The notes under the pieces were generated by a model. The model saw only the letters and a program-made list of their open reading frames with translations. It was not told where the DNA came from and did not search any database. DNA of 64,000 bases from Anaerolineae bacterium. Lineage in GTDB: Bacteria; Chloroflexota; Anaerolineae; Anaerolineales; Villigracilaceae. The stretch lies in NCBI GenBank assembly GCA_021324435.1, contig JAJPIZ010000038.1:126269-190268 (forward strand). Direction: 5' to 3'. Below are positions 1-9,244 of the stretch, piece by piece (position 1 is the first letter of the stretch; every line of letters begins with the position of its first letter). The position numbers and the translations under genes are program-made.

Positions 1-1577
1 TGACCAATCCTGGCATTCCCAAGATCGCACACAATGCAAAGTACGATTACATCGTTCTGGCGCGGCATGGACTCAACGTCTCCCCCATCACCTTCGACAC
101 CATGATCGCCGAATTCCTCGTTGACCCCTCTTCGCGCAACCTCGGACTCAAGAATCTAGCCTACGCGCGGCTGGGCGAAGAAATGACGCACATCGAGCAA
201 CTCATCGGCACGGGCAAGCATCAACTCAGCATGGCCGAGATCGCGATCGAATCCGTCGCGGCCTACGCGGCGGCAGATGCCGAAACGACTCTGCGGCTTC
301 TCCCCATCATGCAGGCGGAGGTCGAGCGCGTCCACGGAACAAAACTGATGGATGAAATCGAAATGCCGCTAATCCCCGTGCTGGCCGAAATGGAAATGAC
401 CGGCGTTCTGCTCGACCTGCCCTTCTTCAAAAAATTGAACGTTGAACTCTCCGCACGCATGGCAGAGATCGAAAAACAAGTCTTCGAGGCGGTCGGCAAA
501 CCGTTCAACATCAATTCCACGCAACAACTTTCCGATGTTCTCTTCAACCGCCTGCGCCTCGAACCGCCGGACAAAGGCCGCAAAACCTCCAGCGGACATT
601 ATTCGACCTCCGGCGATATCCTCGACGCGTTGAGCGGCAAGCATCCCGTCGTGGATTGGGTGATCCAGCATCGCGAACTTTCTAAACTCAAATCCACATA
701 CGTCGAGGCCTTGCCCGCCGCAGTGGATTCAAAAACCGGGCGCGTACACACCTCCTACAGCCAAACCGGCGCGGTGACCGGACGTTTATCTTCGTCGAAT
801 CCAAATCTGCAAAACATTCCCATCCGCACCGAAGAAGGCCGCCGCGTACGCGAAGGATTCATCGCCGCCAAAGGAAATGTATTGTTGTCTGTTGATTACT
901 CGCAGATTGAATTGCGCATCGTGGCGCACATGGCAAAAGACGAAGGCATGTTGGCCGCCTTCCGCGCGGGGCAGGACATCCATGCCACGACTGCCGCGGC
1001 GATTTACAACATTCCATTGGACAAAGTCACAAAGGAAATGCGACGTCACGCCAAAGCCATCAACTTCGGTTTGATCTATGGCATGTCCGCGTTCGGCCTG
1101 ACGCGCTCGACCGAACTTACGCTGGCCGAGGCCGAAGACTTTGTGAAGGCATACTTCACGCAATTCCCCGGCATCAAAAAATACCTGGACGGCATCCGCA
1201 AGCAGGCCGCGCAGGATGGATATGTCGAAACGCTTTTGGGACGCCGCCGCTACTTCCCGGCTTTGCAGAGCAAACAAAATGTCGCGGTGAAGAACCGGGA
1301 AGAACGCGAGGCCATCAACGCGCCGATTCAAGGCACCGCGGCGGACATCATGAAGATCGCCATGCTCCGCATCCCCTCCGCGTTGAAGAAAGCCAAACTC
1401 AGCGCGCAAATGTTGTTGCAGGTGCACGATGAACTCGTGCTCGAAGTTCCAAAAGAAGAATTGGAAAAGACCGTCAAAGTGGTCAGGGAGGTTATGGAGT
1501 CCGCTTACCCGTTGGATATTCCCCTCGAAACGGAGGCCCGTTCAGGTCCGAACTGGGGCGAGATGAAAGTCATCTGA
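1..1577 (+). CDS. polA: DNA polymerase I (family A), C-terminal portion; 5' end lies outside the window
   Basis: The frame of ORF 102..1577 stays open back to nt 3 (TNPGIPKIAHNAKYDYIVLARHG). Family A motifs are present: DYSQIELR, RRHAKAINFGLIYG, QVHDEL. Confidence 0.95.
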   Translation, partial: TNPGIPKIAHNAKYDYIVLARHGLNVSPITFDTMIAEFLVDPSSRNLGLKNLAYARLGEEMTHIEQLIGTGKHQLSMAEIAIESVAAYAAADAETTLRLLPIMQAEVERVHGTKLMDEIEMPLIPVLAEMEMTGVLLDLPFFKKLNVELSARMAEIEKQVFEAVGKPFNINSTQQLSDVLFNRLRLEPPDKGRKTSSGHYSTSGDILDALSGKHPVVDWVIQHRELSKLKSTYVEALPAAVDSKTGRVHTSYSQTGAVTGRLSSSNPNLQNIPIRTEEGRRVREGFIAAKGNVLLSVDYSQIELRIVAHMAKDEGMLAAFRAGQDIHATTAAAIYNIPLDKVTKEMRRHAKAINFGLIYGMSAFGLTRSTELTLAEAEDFVKAYFTQFPGIKKYLDGIRKQAAQDGYVETLLGRRRYFPALQSKQNVAVKNREEREAINAPIQGTAADIMKIAMLRIPSALKKAKLSAQMLLQVHDELVLEVPKEELEKTVKVVREVMESAYPLDIPLETEARSGPNWGEMKVI

Positions 1578-1719
1578 TTTTGTCGCCACAGAGATTCACA
1601 GTCCACAGAGATAAAATTTGCGTTATTCGCTCATTTGCGAAATTCACGTTGGACTTTCGTCTCCAATGCAAAATCATTAGAGTGTCACCCAGTGTGGTTT
1701 CCAGCGGTAAAATAGACCC

Positions 1720-4038
1720 ATGCCCGAACGAGACGACGTCTACCAGAAAGCAATGAATGAAGGCCACTCGGCGGCCTGGGATCAGGATTGGAAGAAAGCC
1801 GCCGCCGCGTATCGCAAGGCCCTGCAGGAATTTCCCGATCAGCCCAAAGCCCTCAACAGCCTTGGGCTGGCTCTGTTTCAACTCGGGGAATTCGATGAGT
1901 CGTTGAGAATCTATCAGCGCGTGGCTCAACTCGCGCCGGATGATCCAATCGCTTTTGAAAAGGTGGCGCAAATCTCGGAGCGCATCGGCGATCTGAACGC
2001 GGCCGTTGAGGCCTCCATGAAAGCCGCGGAAACGTTCTTGAATCAACGCGAGGTCGAGAAGGCCATCGAGAACTGGGTGCGCGTCACCACCCTGCATCCC
2101 GATCATGTCATGGCACACTCGCGGCTGGCCATGGTGCATGAAAAACTTAACCATCCTCAACAGGCTGTCACAGAATATCTGGCGATTGCCAGCATCCTTC
2201 AGCGCGGCGGCAAGCCCGATAAAGCCCAGGAACTGGTTGACAAGGCTTTGCAGATCATGCCGCAAAACGCCGAAGCCAAACAAGCGCAATCGCTTTTGAA
2301 AATGGGACAACTGCTCCCGAAACCGGTGAGACCCAAAGGCGGGACCGGCCCGATCAGCATGGCAAAAGTCAAGCAGATGGAAATGACGCAGCCGACGCAG
2401 AAAATCGCGTCGGGGCTGGACCCTGTGGCGGAGGCGCGCCAAAAAGCCCTCACCAAGCTGGCAGAGGTCCTCTTCGATTACACCGATGAAAGTCAGGGCG
2501 CGCAGGAGCGGCGTGGTCTATCGGCCATCGTCAAAGGCACGGGAGCATTGTCGCTTCAACAGGCAGAACAGACCAAAGTGGTTTTGCATCTCGGTCAGGC
2601 CATTGACGCGCAGACCAAAAACCAGGACGCGGTCGCCGCGGAAGAATTGGAGCACGCGCTCGAAGCGGGCTTTAGTCATCCGGCCTTGTATTTCAACCTC
2701 GGTTATCTGCGCGCCAAAAGCGACCGTCTCGAAAGCGCCCTGCGCAATCTCACCAACGCGGTCAAGCACAAAGACTATGCCCTCGGCTCGCGGCTTTTGC
2801 TGGGCGACATCCTTTTCAAAAAGGGACAAATTCAAAACGCGTCGGTGGAATATCTCGAAGCGTTGAAACAAGCCGATGCCAGCACAGTGCCGCCCGAACA
2901 GTCCGACGAGATTCGCCAACTGTATGAGCCGCTGATCGAATCGCAGCAGAATCAAAAGGACGACAACGTCAATCGCCGCCTGTGCGAGAACGTCAGCAAA
3001 TTGCTGATGCGCGCCGACTGGCGCGATCAGGTGCATCGCACGCGCGAGCAGATGCGCAAGTCGCAGGATGGCAACACTCTCACGCCGCTGGCGGAAGTGA
3101 TTCTGCAGGCGCAGAGTTCAACCGTGATCGAGTCGATCAACCGCATTCATCAACTGGCGCGCATGGGAAGCCTGCGCTCCGCCATGGACGAGGCCTACGA
3201 CGCGGTCCAGCAGGCGCCGACCTATTTGCCTCTTCACATCTTGATGGGCGAATTGCTCATCCAGGATGGACGCGTGCCGGATGCGATTGCAAAATTCTCG
3301 GTCGTCGCTCACGCGTATGGCGTGCGCGGCGAAGTGGCGCAGGCCAGCAAATTACTGCGGCGCGTGATCCAGCTCGCGCCCATGGATTTGGGCGCGCGCA
3401 CGCGGCTGATTGATCAACTGGTGGCGCGCGGTCAGGTGGATGAAGCCATCAAGGAATATCTCGAACTGGCCGATCTGTATTACCGTCTCGCCGAACTCGA
3501 TATGGCGCGCAAGACGTACACCACAGCGTTACGGCTTGTCCAGCAGGCCAACGCAGACCGCGCCTGGAACGTCCACATTTTGCAACGCATGGCGGATATT
3601 GACATGCAACGCCTCGACTGGAAACAGGCTCTGCGCGTCTATGAGCAGATCCGCACCCTGCGCCCGGACGATCAGGGCGCGCGCAAACAACTGGTCGAAC
3701 TGTTCATGCGCATGGGCCAAACTCAACAGTTGATCGCGGAAATCGAAGGATACTTCACCTATCTCGACAGCAATGGCAAGTCCGGTGATTCGCTCCCCTT
3801 CCTCGAGGACTTGATCAAAGATCACGAGGACGAATTGGTCTTCAAAAAATTACTGGCCGAGCGCCTCAATCAGTTGGGACGTCAGGAAGAGGCCGTGAGC
3901 CAACTCGACGCGCTGGGCGAGTCGCTTTTGCAGAACGGCAAGAAGAAGGAAGCGGTGGAAGTCATCAATCAGATTCTGCTGATGAATCCGCCCAACGCAG
4001 AAGATTACCGTCAATTGCTTGGGCAGATTGGGAAATAA
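1720..4038 (+). CDS. TPR-repeat protein (772 aa)
   Basis: Many 34-aa TPR-like helix pairs, e.g. AYRKALQEFPDQPKALNSLGLALFQLGEFDESLRIYQRVAQLAPDD. Single long ORF followed by a terminator. Confidence 0.75.
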   Translation: MPERDDVYQKAMNEGHSAAWDQDWKKAAAAYRKALQEFPDQPKALNSLGLALFQLGEFDESLRIYQRVAQLAPDDPIAFEKVAQISERIGDLNAAVEASMKAAETFLNQREVEKAIENWVRVTTLHPDHVMAHSRLAMVHEKLNHPQQAVTEYLAIASILQRGGKPDKAQELVDKALQIMPQNAEAKQAQSLLKMGQLLPKPVRPKGGTGPISMAKVKQMEMTQPTQKIASGLDPVAEARQKALTKLAEVLFDYTDESQGAQERRGLSAIVKGTGALSLQQAEQTKVVLHLGQAIDAQTKNQDAVAAEELEHALEAGFSHPALYFNLGYLRAKSDRLESALRNLTNAVKHKDYALGSRLLLGDILFKKGQIQNASVEYLEALKQADASTVPPEQSDEIRQLYEPLIESQQNQKDDNVNRRLCENVSKLLMRADWRDQVHRTREQMRKSQDGNTLTPLAEVILQAQSSTVIESINRIHQLARMGSLRSAMDEAYDAVQQAPTYLPLHILMGELLIQDGRVPDAIAKFSVVAHAYGVRGEVAQASKLLRRVIQLAPMDLGARTRLIDQLVARGQVDEAIKEYLELADLYYRLAELDMARKTYTTALRLVQQANADRAWNVHILQRMADIDMQRLDWKQALRVYEQIRTLRPDDQGARKQLVELFMRMGQTQQLIAEIEGYFTYLDSNGKSGDSLPFLEDLIKDHEDELVFKKLLAERLNQLGRQEEAVSQLDALGESLLQNGKKKEAVEVINQILLMNPPNAEDYRQLLGQIGK

Positions 4039-4041
4039 TAG

Positions 4042-4076
4042 AAAACTCCTCACGAAAAATTGTGAGGAGTTTTTTT
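4042..4076. terminator. bidirectional rho-independent terminator hairpin
   Basis: AAAACTCCTCAC-gaaaaatt-GTGAGGAGTTTTTTT lies between the TPR gene stop and the 3' end of tRNA-Lys. Confidence 0.7.
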
Positions 4077-4077
4077 G

Positions 4078-4149
4078 TGACCCCGAGGCGATTTGAACGC
4101 CTAACCAATTGATTAAGAGTCAACTGCTCTGCCGTTGAGCTACGGGGCC
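4078..4149 (-). tRNA. tRNA-Lys (anticodon CUU), 72 nt, CCA not encoded
   Basis: Hand-folded cloverleaf on the minus strand: acceptor GGCCCCG/CGGGGTC, D arm GCTC-AACGGCA-GAGC, anticodon stem GTTGA/TCAAT with loop CTCTTAA, T arm AGGCG-TTCAAAT-CGCCT. Confidence 0.9.
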
Positions 4150-4213
4150 ATCCGTTTCGCAGGCGGTTGCGAATTATACCGCAAAGGTTTCGCGTGTCAA
4201 TTGTCAATGCAGG

Positions 4214-4219
4214 TATAAT
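4214..4219 (+). promoter_or_regulatory. candidate -10 box TATAAT, 7 nt upstream of ATG 4227 (possible leaderless mRNA)
   Basis: aggTATAATtgcgttgATG. No SD sequence fits between the box and the ATG. Confidence 0.3.
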
Positions 4220-4226
4220 TGCGTTG

Positions 4227-4697
4227 ATGATCGAATTGAGCCTTCCCAAGCGCGGTGATCTCCATCTCCAGCATTTGGTAATGGATGTGAACGGCACCCT
4301 CGCCGTAGACGGGATTCTAATTGACGGACTCGCCAAGCGCATCGCCGCGATGCGCGACCGATTGACGGTTCACCTGCTTACTGCTGACACACATGGAAAA
4401 CAGGCCGTCATTGATCAGCAACTCAATCTCACCGCCACGCGTCTCAGCGGAGGAAATGAACAGGAACAAAAACGTCAGTTCGTGGAAAATCTCGGCGCAG
4501 AGTCCGTGGTGGCCATCGGCCAGGGCGCGAACGATGCGGGGATGCTCAAAGCCGCCGCGCTGGGAATCTGTGTCATGTCTGCCGAGGGCGCGGCCACCGA
4601 AACGCTCCTCGCCTCGGACCTCGTTGTTCCAAACATCATGACCGCTTTCGACTTGCTCGATAAACCGTTACGTATTGTTGCGAGTCTCCGCAAATGA
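4227..4697 (+). CDS. HAD-superfamily hydrolase, soluble P-type-ATPase-like
   Basis: MDVNGTL (motif I-like), LTADTHG, GQGANDAGML (GDGxND-like). The ORF opens at 4167, but ATG 4227 follows the TATAAT box. Confidence 0.65.
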   Translation: MIELSLPKRGDLHLQHLVMDVNGTLAVDGILIDGLAKRIAAMRDRLTVHLLTADTHGKQAVIDQQLNLTATRLSGGNEQEQKRQFVENLGAESVVAIGQGANDAGMLKAAALGICVMSAEGAATETLLASDLVVPNIMTAFDLLDKPLRIVASLRK

Positions 4698-6013
4698 ACT
4701 TCAACGATTCATCCCTCCCCTCGATTGAACCAGAGACTCCGCGCGAGAACCGTCCGCCGCGCGCCCGCCGTCGAAGGCGCGGCCAGTTGATGGTCCCGCA
4801 GGATGCGGCCGGACGCGCCGCCCTGCTTTCGTCGCTGGCGCGTCGCGCTTATCCGTCGTATGAATTATTCGTCTATGCGGTGCTGTGCGGCGCAATCCTC
4901 GGCCTCGGTTTCATCCTTGATTCGCAAGCCTTATTGTTATTCGGAATTTTATTAGCGCCGCTCCTCACGCCGTGGATCGGATTTTTATTGGCGGCGGTCA
5001 CCGGCTCGGCGCGTTTTCTTTTTGAAACATTGATGGCCGTGCTGGTCAGCGCGGCGCTGGTGCTGGTCATCGGAATGTTATCGGGCTTCGCGGCGCGTCC
5101 GTTTTTGCCGCGCACATTCAATGAAGCCTATGTCCACAGCCATTTGTGGTGGCCGGATTTGGTCATCATCGCGGTCGGCGCGATCATCCTCACCATCTCT
5201 TTTGTGCGCTCCGAAGAAAAACCGTTTCTGCCGAGCGTCGTGCTCGCATATGGATTCTTTATTCCGCTCAGCGCGGCGGGCTTCGGACTCGGAAGCGGCA
5301 TCGCCGATATTTGGCCGAACGGCGTATTGATCTTCCTCGTGCATTTCGCGTGGGCGGGGATGTTCGGTCTGATCACATTGATTGCGATGCGCATCATGCC
5401 GACCAACGCGCAGGGATTTCTGTTGAGCGCGGGCACGACTCTGATCTTTGTGATTCTGCTTTTGAATTTGATGGCGGGCGGGAATGGGAATCAGGCCTCT
5501 GCCTCGGAAGGTGCAGACCCCACTGCGCCTCCCACTTTGACCGTGAACCTGCCGCCCGTTTCGCAAGCCGGGACTCAGCCCCGGCCTTCATCCACGCCCG
5601 TCATCGAGACGGCGACTCCCAACTCATCCCCGTTGAGCACCGAGGGGATTTTGCTCTCTCCCACGGCTGTGCCGCTCACGCTTGAAATCACCCTGCCTCC
5701 CACCGATACGCCAACCGTGACCCTCACCATCGAACCGACTCCGGTCTATGCGCGCATCATGGCAGATAAAGGCGGAGGCGCGTTCCTGCGCAAAGACCCC
5801 AACGGAAAATATCTCGCCACGCTCGATAACTTTTCGATTGTCGAGGTCCTGCCCGACACGCAGGAGGTCAACGGCGTGACGTGGGCGCACGTCATCGCTA
5901 TCAAGAACGGAGTCCGAATGGAAGGCTGGATTCTGCAAATTGTTTTGCAGGTCGCCACGCCCGTTCCAAACTGGCAACCATCGGCAACACCGAGTCTCAC
6001 TCCCACACCATAA
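4694..6013 (+). CDS. polytopic membrane protein (DUF389-like hydrophobic core) with Pro/Thr/Ser linker and C-terminal SH3b-like domain
   Basis: ATGA overlap with the upstream gene. About 6-7 hydrophobic helices, then a PT-rich linker, then ARIMADKGGGAFLRKDPNGKYLATLDNFSIVEVLPD...GWILQ, which resembles bacterial SH3. Confidence 0.6.
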   Translation: MNFNDSSLPSIEPETPRENRPPRARRRRRGQLMVPQDAAGRAALLSSLARRAYPSYELFVYAVLCGAILGLGFILDSQALLLFGILLAPLLTPWIGFLLAAVTGSARFLFETLMAVLVSAALVLVIGMLSGFAARPFLPRTFNEAYVHSHLWWPDLVIIAVGAIILTISFVRSEEKPFLPSVVLAYGFFIPLSAAGFGLGSGIADIWPNGVLIFLVHFAWAGMFGLITLIAMRIMPTNAQGFLLSAGTTLIFVILLLNLMAGGNGNQASASEGADPTAPPTLTVNLPPVSQAGTQPRPSSTPVIETATPNSSPLSTEGILLSPTAVPLTLEITLPPTDTPTVTLTIEPTPVYARIMADKGGGAFLRKDPNGKYLATLDNFSIVEVLPDTQEVNGVTWAHVIAIKNGVRMEGWILQIVLQVATPVPNWQPSATPSLTPTP

Positions 6014-6017
6014 AGCA

Positions 6018-6091
6018 ATTCACCGCGAAGAACGCCAAGAACGCAAAGTTTTTTTTATTTTCTCTTCGCGCACTTCGCGGCCTTTGCGGTT
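6018..6091. repeat. imperfect hairpin made of 9-nt periodic ...AAG units
   Basis: The 5' arm ACCGCGAAG-AACGCCAAG-AACGCAAAG matches 20 of 27 nt against the reverse complement of the 3' arm (cttcgcgcacttcgcggcctttgcggt). The loop is T-rich. The architecture resembles 47903-47960. Confidence 0.5.
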
Positions 6092-6110
6092 CAAAAATCT
6101 GGAGAAAAAT

Positions 6111-7571
6111 ATGCCCATTCATTTCGGCACGGACGGCTGGCGCGCCGTCATCTCAGACTCATTCACCTTCGATAATCTTCGGATCGTAGCGCAGGCCATC
6201 GCGGATGCGGTCACGTCGGAACACTGGGACAAATCGGGAAACGGGGGAACAAAACCTGATCCAAAGAAAATTGTCGTGGGCTTTGACACCCGCTTCCTGT
6301 CCGATCGGTTTGCGGGCGAAGTGGCGCGCGTCCTCGCCGCCAACGGATTCAGCGTCCTGCTCTCCCAATCGGATTCACCCACGCCCGCCATTTCGTTCGC
6401 GGTCAAACATCAACATGCTATCGCGGGCGTGATGATCACTGCCTCGCACAACGCGCCGCGCTACAACGGAGTCAAACTCAAGGGCGCGTTCGGCGGATCC
6501 GCCCTGCCCGAACAATGCCGCCGTGTGGAAGTCTACATCAACGACAACGAGGAGCGGGCGCGCGGCCCCAATCTGATGGACTTCAACAAGGCGCGCGAAA
6601 TGGGCTTGATCCAAAAGTTCAATCCGCTTCCGGCCTACTTCGATCATTTGCGGACGCTGATCAATACCGACATCATTGCGGACAATTGTCAGCGCTTCGT
6701 GGTGGACGCCATGTACGGCTCGGGGCGCGGCGTGATCAAATCCTTTTTGCAGGGCACAGGCTGCGACATCGCCGAGATTCGCGGCGAGATGAACCCGGGC
6801 TTCGGCGGGATTCATCCCGAACCCATCGCGAAAAATCTCGGTGCGCTGGCTTCTGCAGTTAGTTCGGGGATGGGCAATTTCGGCGTTGTGACCGACGGGG
6901 ACGCGGACCGCATCGGCGCCATGGACGAACGCGGCGTGTTCGTGGATCCGCACAAGATCATGGCGTTGTCGTTGAAGTATCTCGTCGAAAGACGCGGCCT
7001 GAGCGGCGCCGTCGTGCGCACCGTTTCAACGACGCGCATGATTGACCGACTGGCGAAAAAATACGGCTTGAAAGTGTATGAAACGCCGGTGGGATTCAAT
7101 CACATCGCGGATTACATGATGCAGGAGGATGTGCTGATTGGCGGAGAGGAATCAGGCGGCATCTCGTTCAAGGGACACATCCCTGAAGGCGATGGCCCCA
7201 TTATGGGACTGCTTTTGGTTGAGATGATGGCCGCCTTGAAAAAGCCCCTGGGCGAACTGGTCAGTGACCTGCTGGATGAAGTGGGTCCCGCCTTTTACGA
7301 GCGCGTGGACTTGCGCCTGGGTCGCCCCGTTGCCAAAGCCGAGATGACCGAGTTCCTGACCAAGCAAGCGCCGAAAGCAATCGGCAGCGAGAAAGTAAAT
7401 GAAGTCAGCCAGCGCGACGGCGTGAAATACATCATGGCCGATGATTCGTGGTTGCTCATCCGCCCATCGGGGACGGAACCAGTATTGAGAGTGTATGCCG
7501 AGGGTCGCACGCATGAGATGGTCAAGGCGTTGATGGGTTACGGACAAAAGGTCGCGGAGAGCGTGGTGTAA
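6111..7571 (+). CDS. phosphoglucomutase/phosphomannomutase family (alpha-D-phosphohexomutase)
   Basis: FGTDGWR, catalytic Ser loop TASHNAPRYNGVK, metal loop DGDADR, GEESGG. GGAG lies 8 nt upstream of ATG 6111. The 5940 start would translate the hairpin repeat. Confidence 0.9.
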   Translation: MPIHFGTDGWRAVISDSFTFDNLRIVAQAIADAVTSEHWDKSGNGGTKPDPKKIVVGFDTRFLSDRFAGEVARVLAANGFSVLLSQSDSPTPAISFAVKHQHAIAGVMITASHNAPRYNGVKLKGAFGGSALPEQCRRVEVYINDNEERARGPNLMDFNKAREMGLIQKFNPLPAYFDHLRTLINTDIIADNCQRFVVDAMYGSGRGVIKSFLQGTGCDIAEIRGEMNPGFGGIHPEPIAKNLGALASAVSSGMGNFGVVTDGDADRIGAMDERGVFVDPHKIMALSLKYLVERRGLSGAVVRTVSTTRMIDRLAKKYGLKVYETPVGFNHIADYMMQEDVLIGGEESGGISFKGHIPEGDGPIMGLLLVEMMAALKKPLGELVSDLLDEVGPAFYERVDLRLGRPVAKAEMTEFLTKQAPKAIGSEKVNEVSQRDGVKYIMADDSWLLIRPSGTEPVLRVYAEGRTHEMVKALMGYGQKVAESVV

Positions 7572-7687
7572 GTGCTATACTGTTATTAATCTTACGCCGC
7601 CTAATGGACTAAATGATTTAGGCGTTTCACTGGAACGATCCGTCCATAGTCCGTTATACGGTCAAAGACTGTCTAAACACTAGGGTC

Positions 7688-7818
7688 TGTATGCAAATTC
7701 GTCTCATGTCATTCTGAGCGACCAACGGGAGCGAAGAATCTCGTTTTGTTCGTTCAAAATTTGAGATTCTTCGTCGCTTCGCTCCTCAGAATGACACATG
7801 AAATTGATTTTGCATACA
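7688..7818. repeat. 131-bp nested palindromic element (GTCATTCTGAG...CTCAGAATGAC family), copy 1
   Basis: Outer arms tgtatgcaaa..catGTCATTCTGAG / CTCAGAATGACacatg..tttgcataca. Inner arms GCGAAGAATCTC / GAGATTCTTCG. Confidence 0.8.
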
Positions 7819-7847
7819 CACTCTAGTTAGCCTGCTAAAAAGAAATC

Positions 7848-9038
7848 ATGTCAGAATTTCCTAAACGCCCCTTCGATTTGAGTAGAATTTCTCCAGAAGC
7901 AAAGGAGAAAATTGAAGCTCTTAAAAACTCTTTTAGTGAGGCAGAAGGAAAGGATCTTGACGCATTAATTGCAGCTTCGATAAAGCAAATAGAAATATTA
8001 GAGCAAGAAAAAGAACTACAGAGAGAGAAATATCCAGCCAATCCGCCTAATGACCGTTGTCACAACGCCTTATTGACAGGTATTCTTTTTTCTAACGAAG
8101 CTGGTCTCCGATTGCACGATTTCATTCCCTACTTTTCTACAGATAATGAGAAAGCATACATTTGGACACATACGAAAAATCGAAGTTCTTCTCTAATTGT
8201 AGATGTTGATCCTTCAGTAAAATCTTTAAATGTCTGGAGAAATTTGGCGTCAATCCTAGAATTGACATTAGCAATAAGTTTCAGCTTTGAACATATGGTG
8301 GAATGTGATTACGATTGGATCTATAATTTTCGCCCCGAAATGTCAATAAAAGACTCTGAGTTTCTTTATCCTGAAAATTTCGATAGGCTGTCGGGTTCGC
8401 AACATAAAATTTCATTTTTCGCAGACCATGCAGCGTTAATCGAGTTGCTTTACAGAGATGAACGATTTTATGTCATGGGAACGAATCTTTTGACGTCTTT
8501 TAATAATCATCATTTCTGCTTAATTTGCGCCTTCAGAAAAGATGGTCATCAAGAACACCCAAACCACGAGATACCGAACTGGCAAGTAGCACAAGCAATT
8601 CCCAAAATGGAAGTTGCAATAGTTCAGGCTACAAGAGCAGTTGAAGCGGTATTAGGTAAACCAGGAAAACGAGATGATCAAGCAAAATATCAAAGGGCAT
8701 TAAATAGATGGACTGAGTCTATTGACCTAGAACCAACCGATGTTTTTGCTGTCGCAAATAAAAGTAACATTGACTACTATTATGAGATGTTTGGAATTCG
8801 CGGGGATGCGGCACATAGTTTGGGCTCGTTTCCTTACGAACTGAGCAGGCAACTAACCATTGAAGCTCAGTGTTTTGCATGGGAAGTGTTAAAAAGTTAT
8901 TATCATCAACATGCCTTGAGTAATTCTGATGCGAAAAGAGTTTTAAATTTCAACATGGAATTTATTGAAAGAGAGCCCCAAAATTGGAGCACAACAATGA
9001 CGGCGGATTCTGATCAATATCCACATAATTTGGAGTAA
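7848..9038 (+). CDS. hypothetical protein (396 aa), AT-rich orphan with C-terminal Rx4H (HEPN-like) motif
   Basis: Long ORF in a segment where counted lines are about 33% G+C. N-terminal coiled-coil-like KEKIEALK...ILEQEKELQREK. C-terminal FGIRGDAAHS is flanked by predicted helices. No family recognised. Confidence 0.6.
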   Translation: MSEFPKRPFDLSRISPEAKEKIEALKNSFSEAEGKDLDALIAASIKQIEILEQEKELQREKYPANPPNDRCHNALLTGILFSNEAGLRLHDFIPYFSTDNEKAYIWTHTKNRSSSLIVDVDPSVKSLNVWRNLASILELTLAISFSFEHMVECDYDWIYNFRPEMSIKDSEFLYPENFDRLSGSQHKISFFADHAALIELLYRDERFYVMGTNLLTSFNNHHFCLICAFRKDGHQEHPNHEIPNWQVAQAIPKMEVAIVQATRAVEAVLGKPGKRDDQAKYQRALNRWTESIDLEPTDVFAVANKSNIDYYYEMFGIRGDAAHSLGSFPYELSRQLTIEAQCFAWEVLKSYYHQHALSNSDAKRVLNFNMEFIEREPQNWSTTMTADSDQYPHNLE

Positions 9039-9244
9039 TTAAAACACAGGCTAACAAAGCGTGCACCTGATTGGCGGGATTCTGCGCCATTTTCGGGCTT
9101 TTTCCACACCCGAACAGAATCCTGCTCTCGAAGTTTTATCCACGCCCGCCCGCCGCTACCGCCTGCCGTAAGGCCACCAACAATGTATTTTAGAATTAAG
9201 ATGGACCAACAGATGTCAACCTATCCGCTGAAACGTCAGCCCCA

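Noticed and set aside
5940-6110. N-terminal extension of the phosphohexomutase ORF (start at 5940).
   Set aside because: The extension overlaps the upstream gene and translates the hairpin repeat. The conserved N terminus MPIHFGTDGWR begins at 6111 and has an SD sequence.
9085-9140. Nested hairpin GGGATTCTG..TTCGGG..CCCGAA..CAGAATCC downstream of the AT-rich orphan, as a terminator or small RNA.
   Set aside because: There is no U-tract and only one copy in the window. It may simply be the orphan's 3' structure, and the evidence is insufficient for a call.
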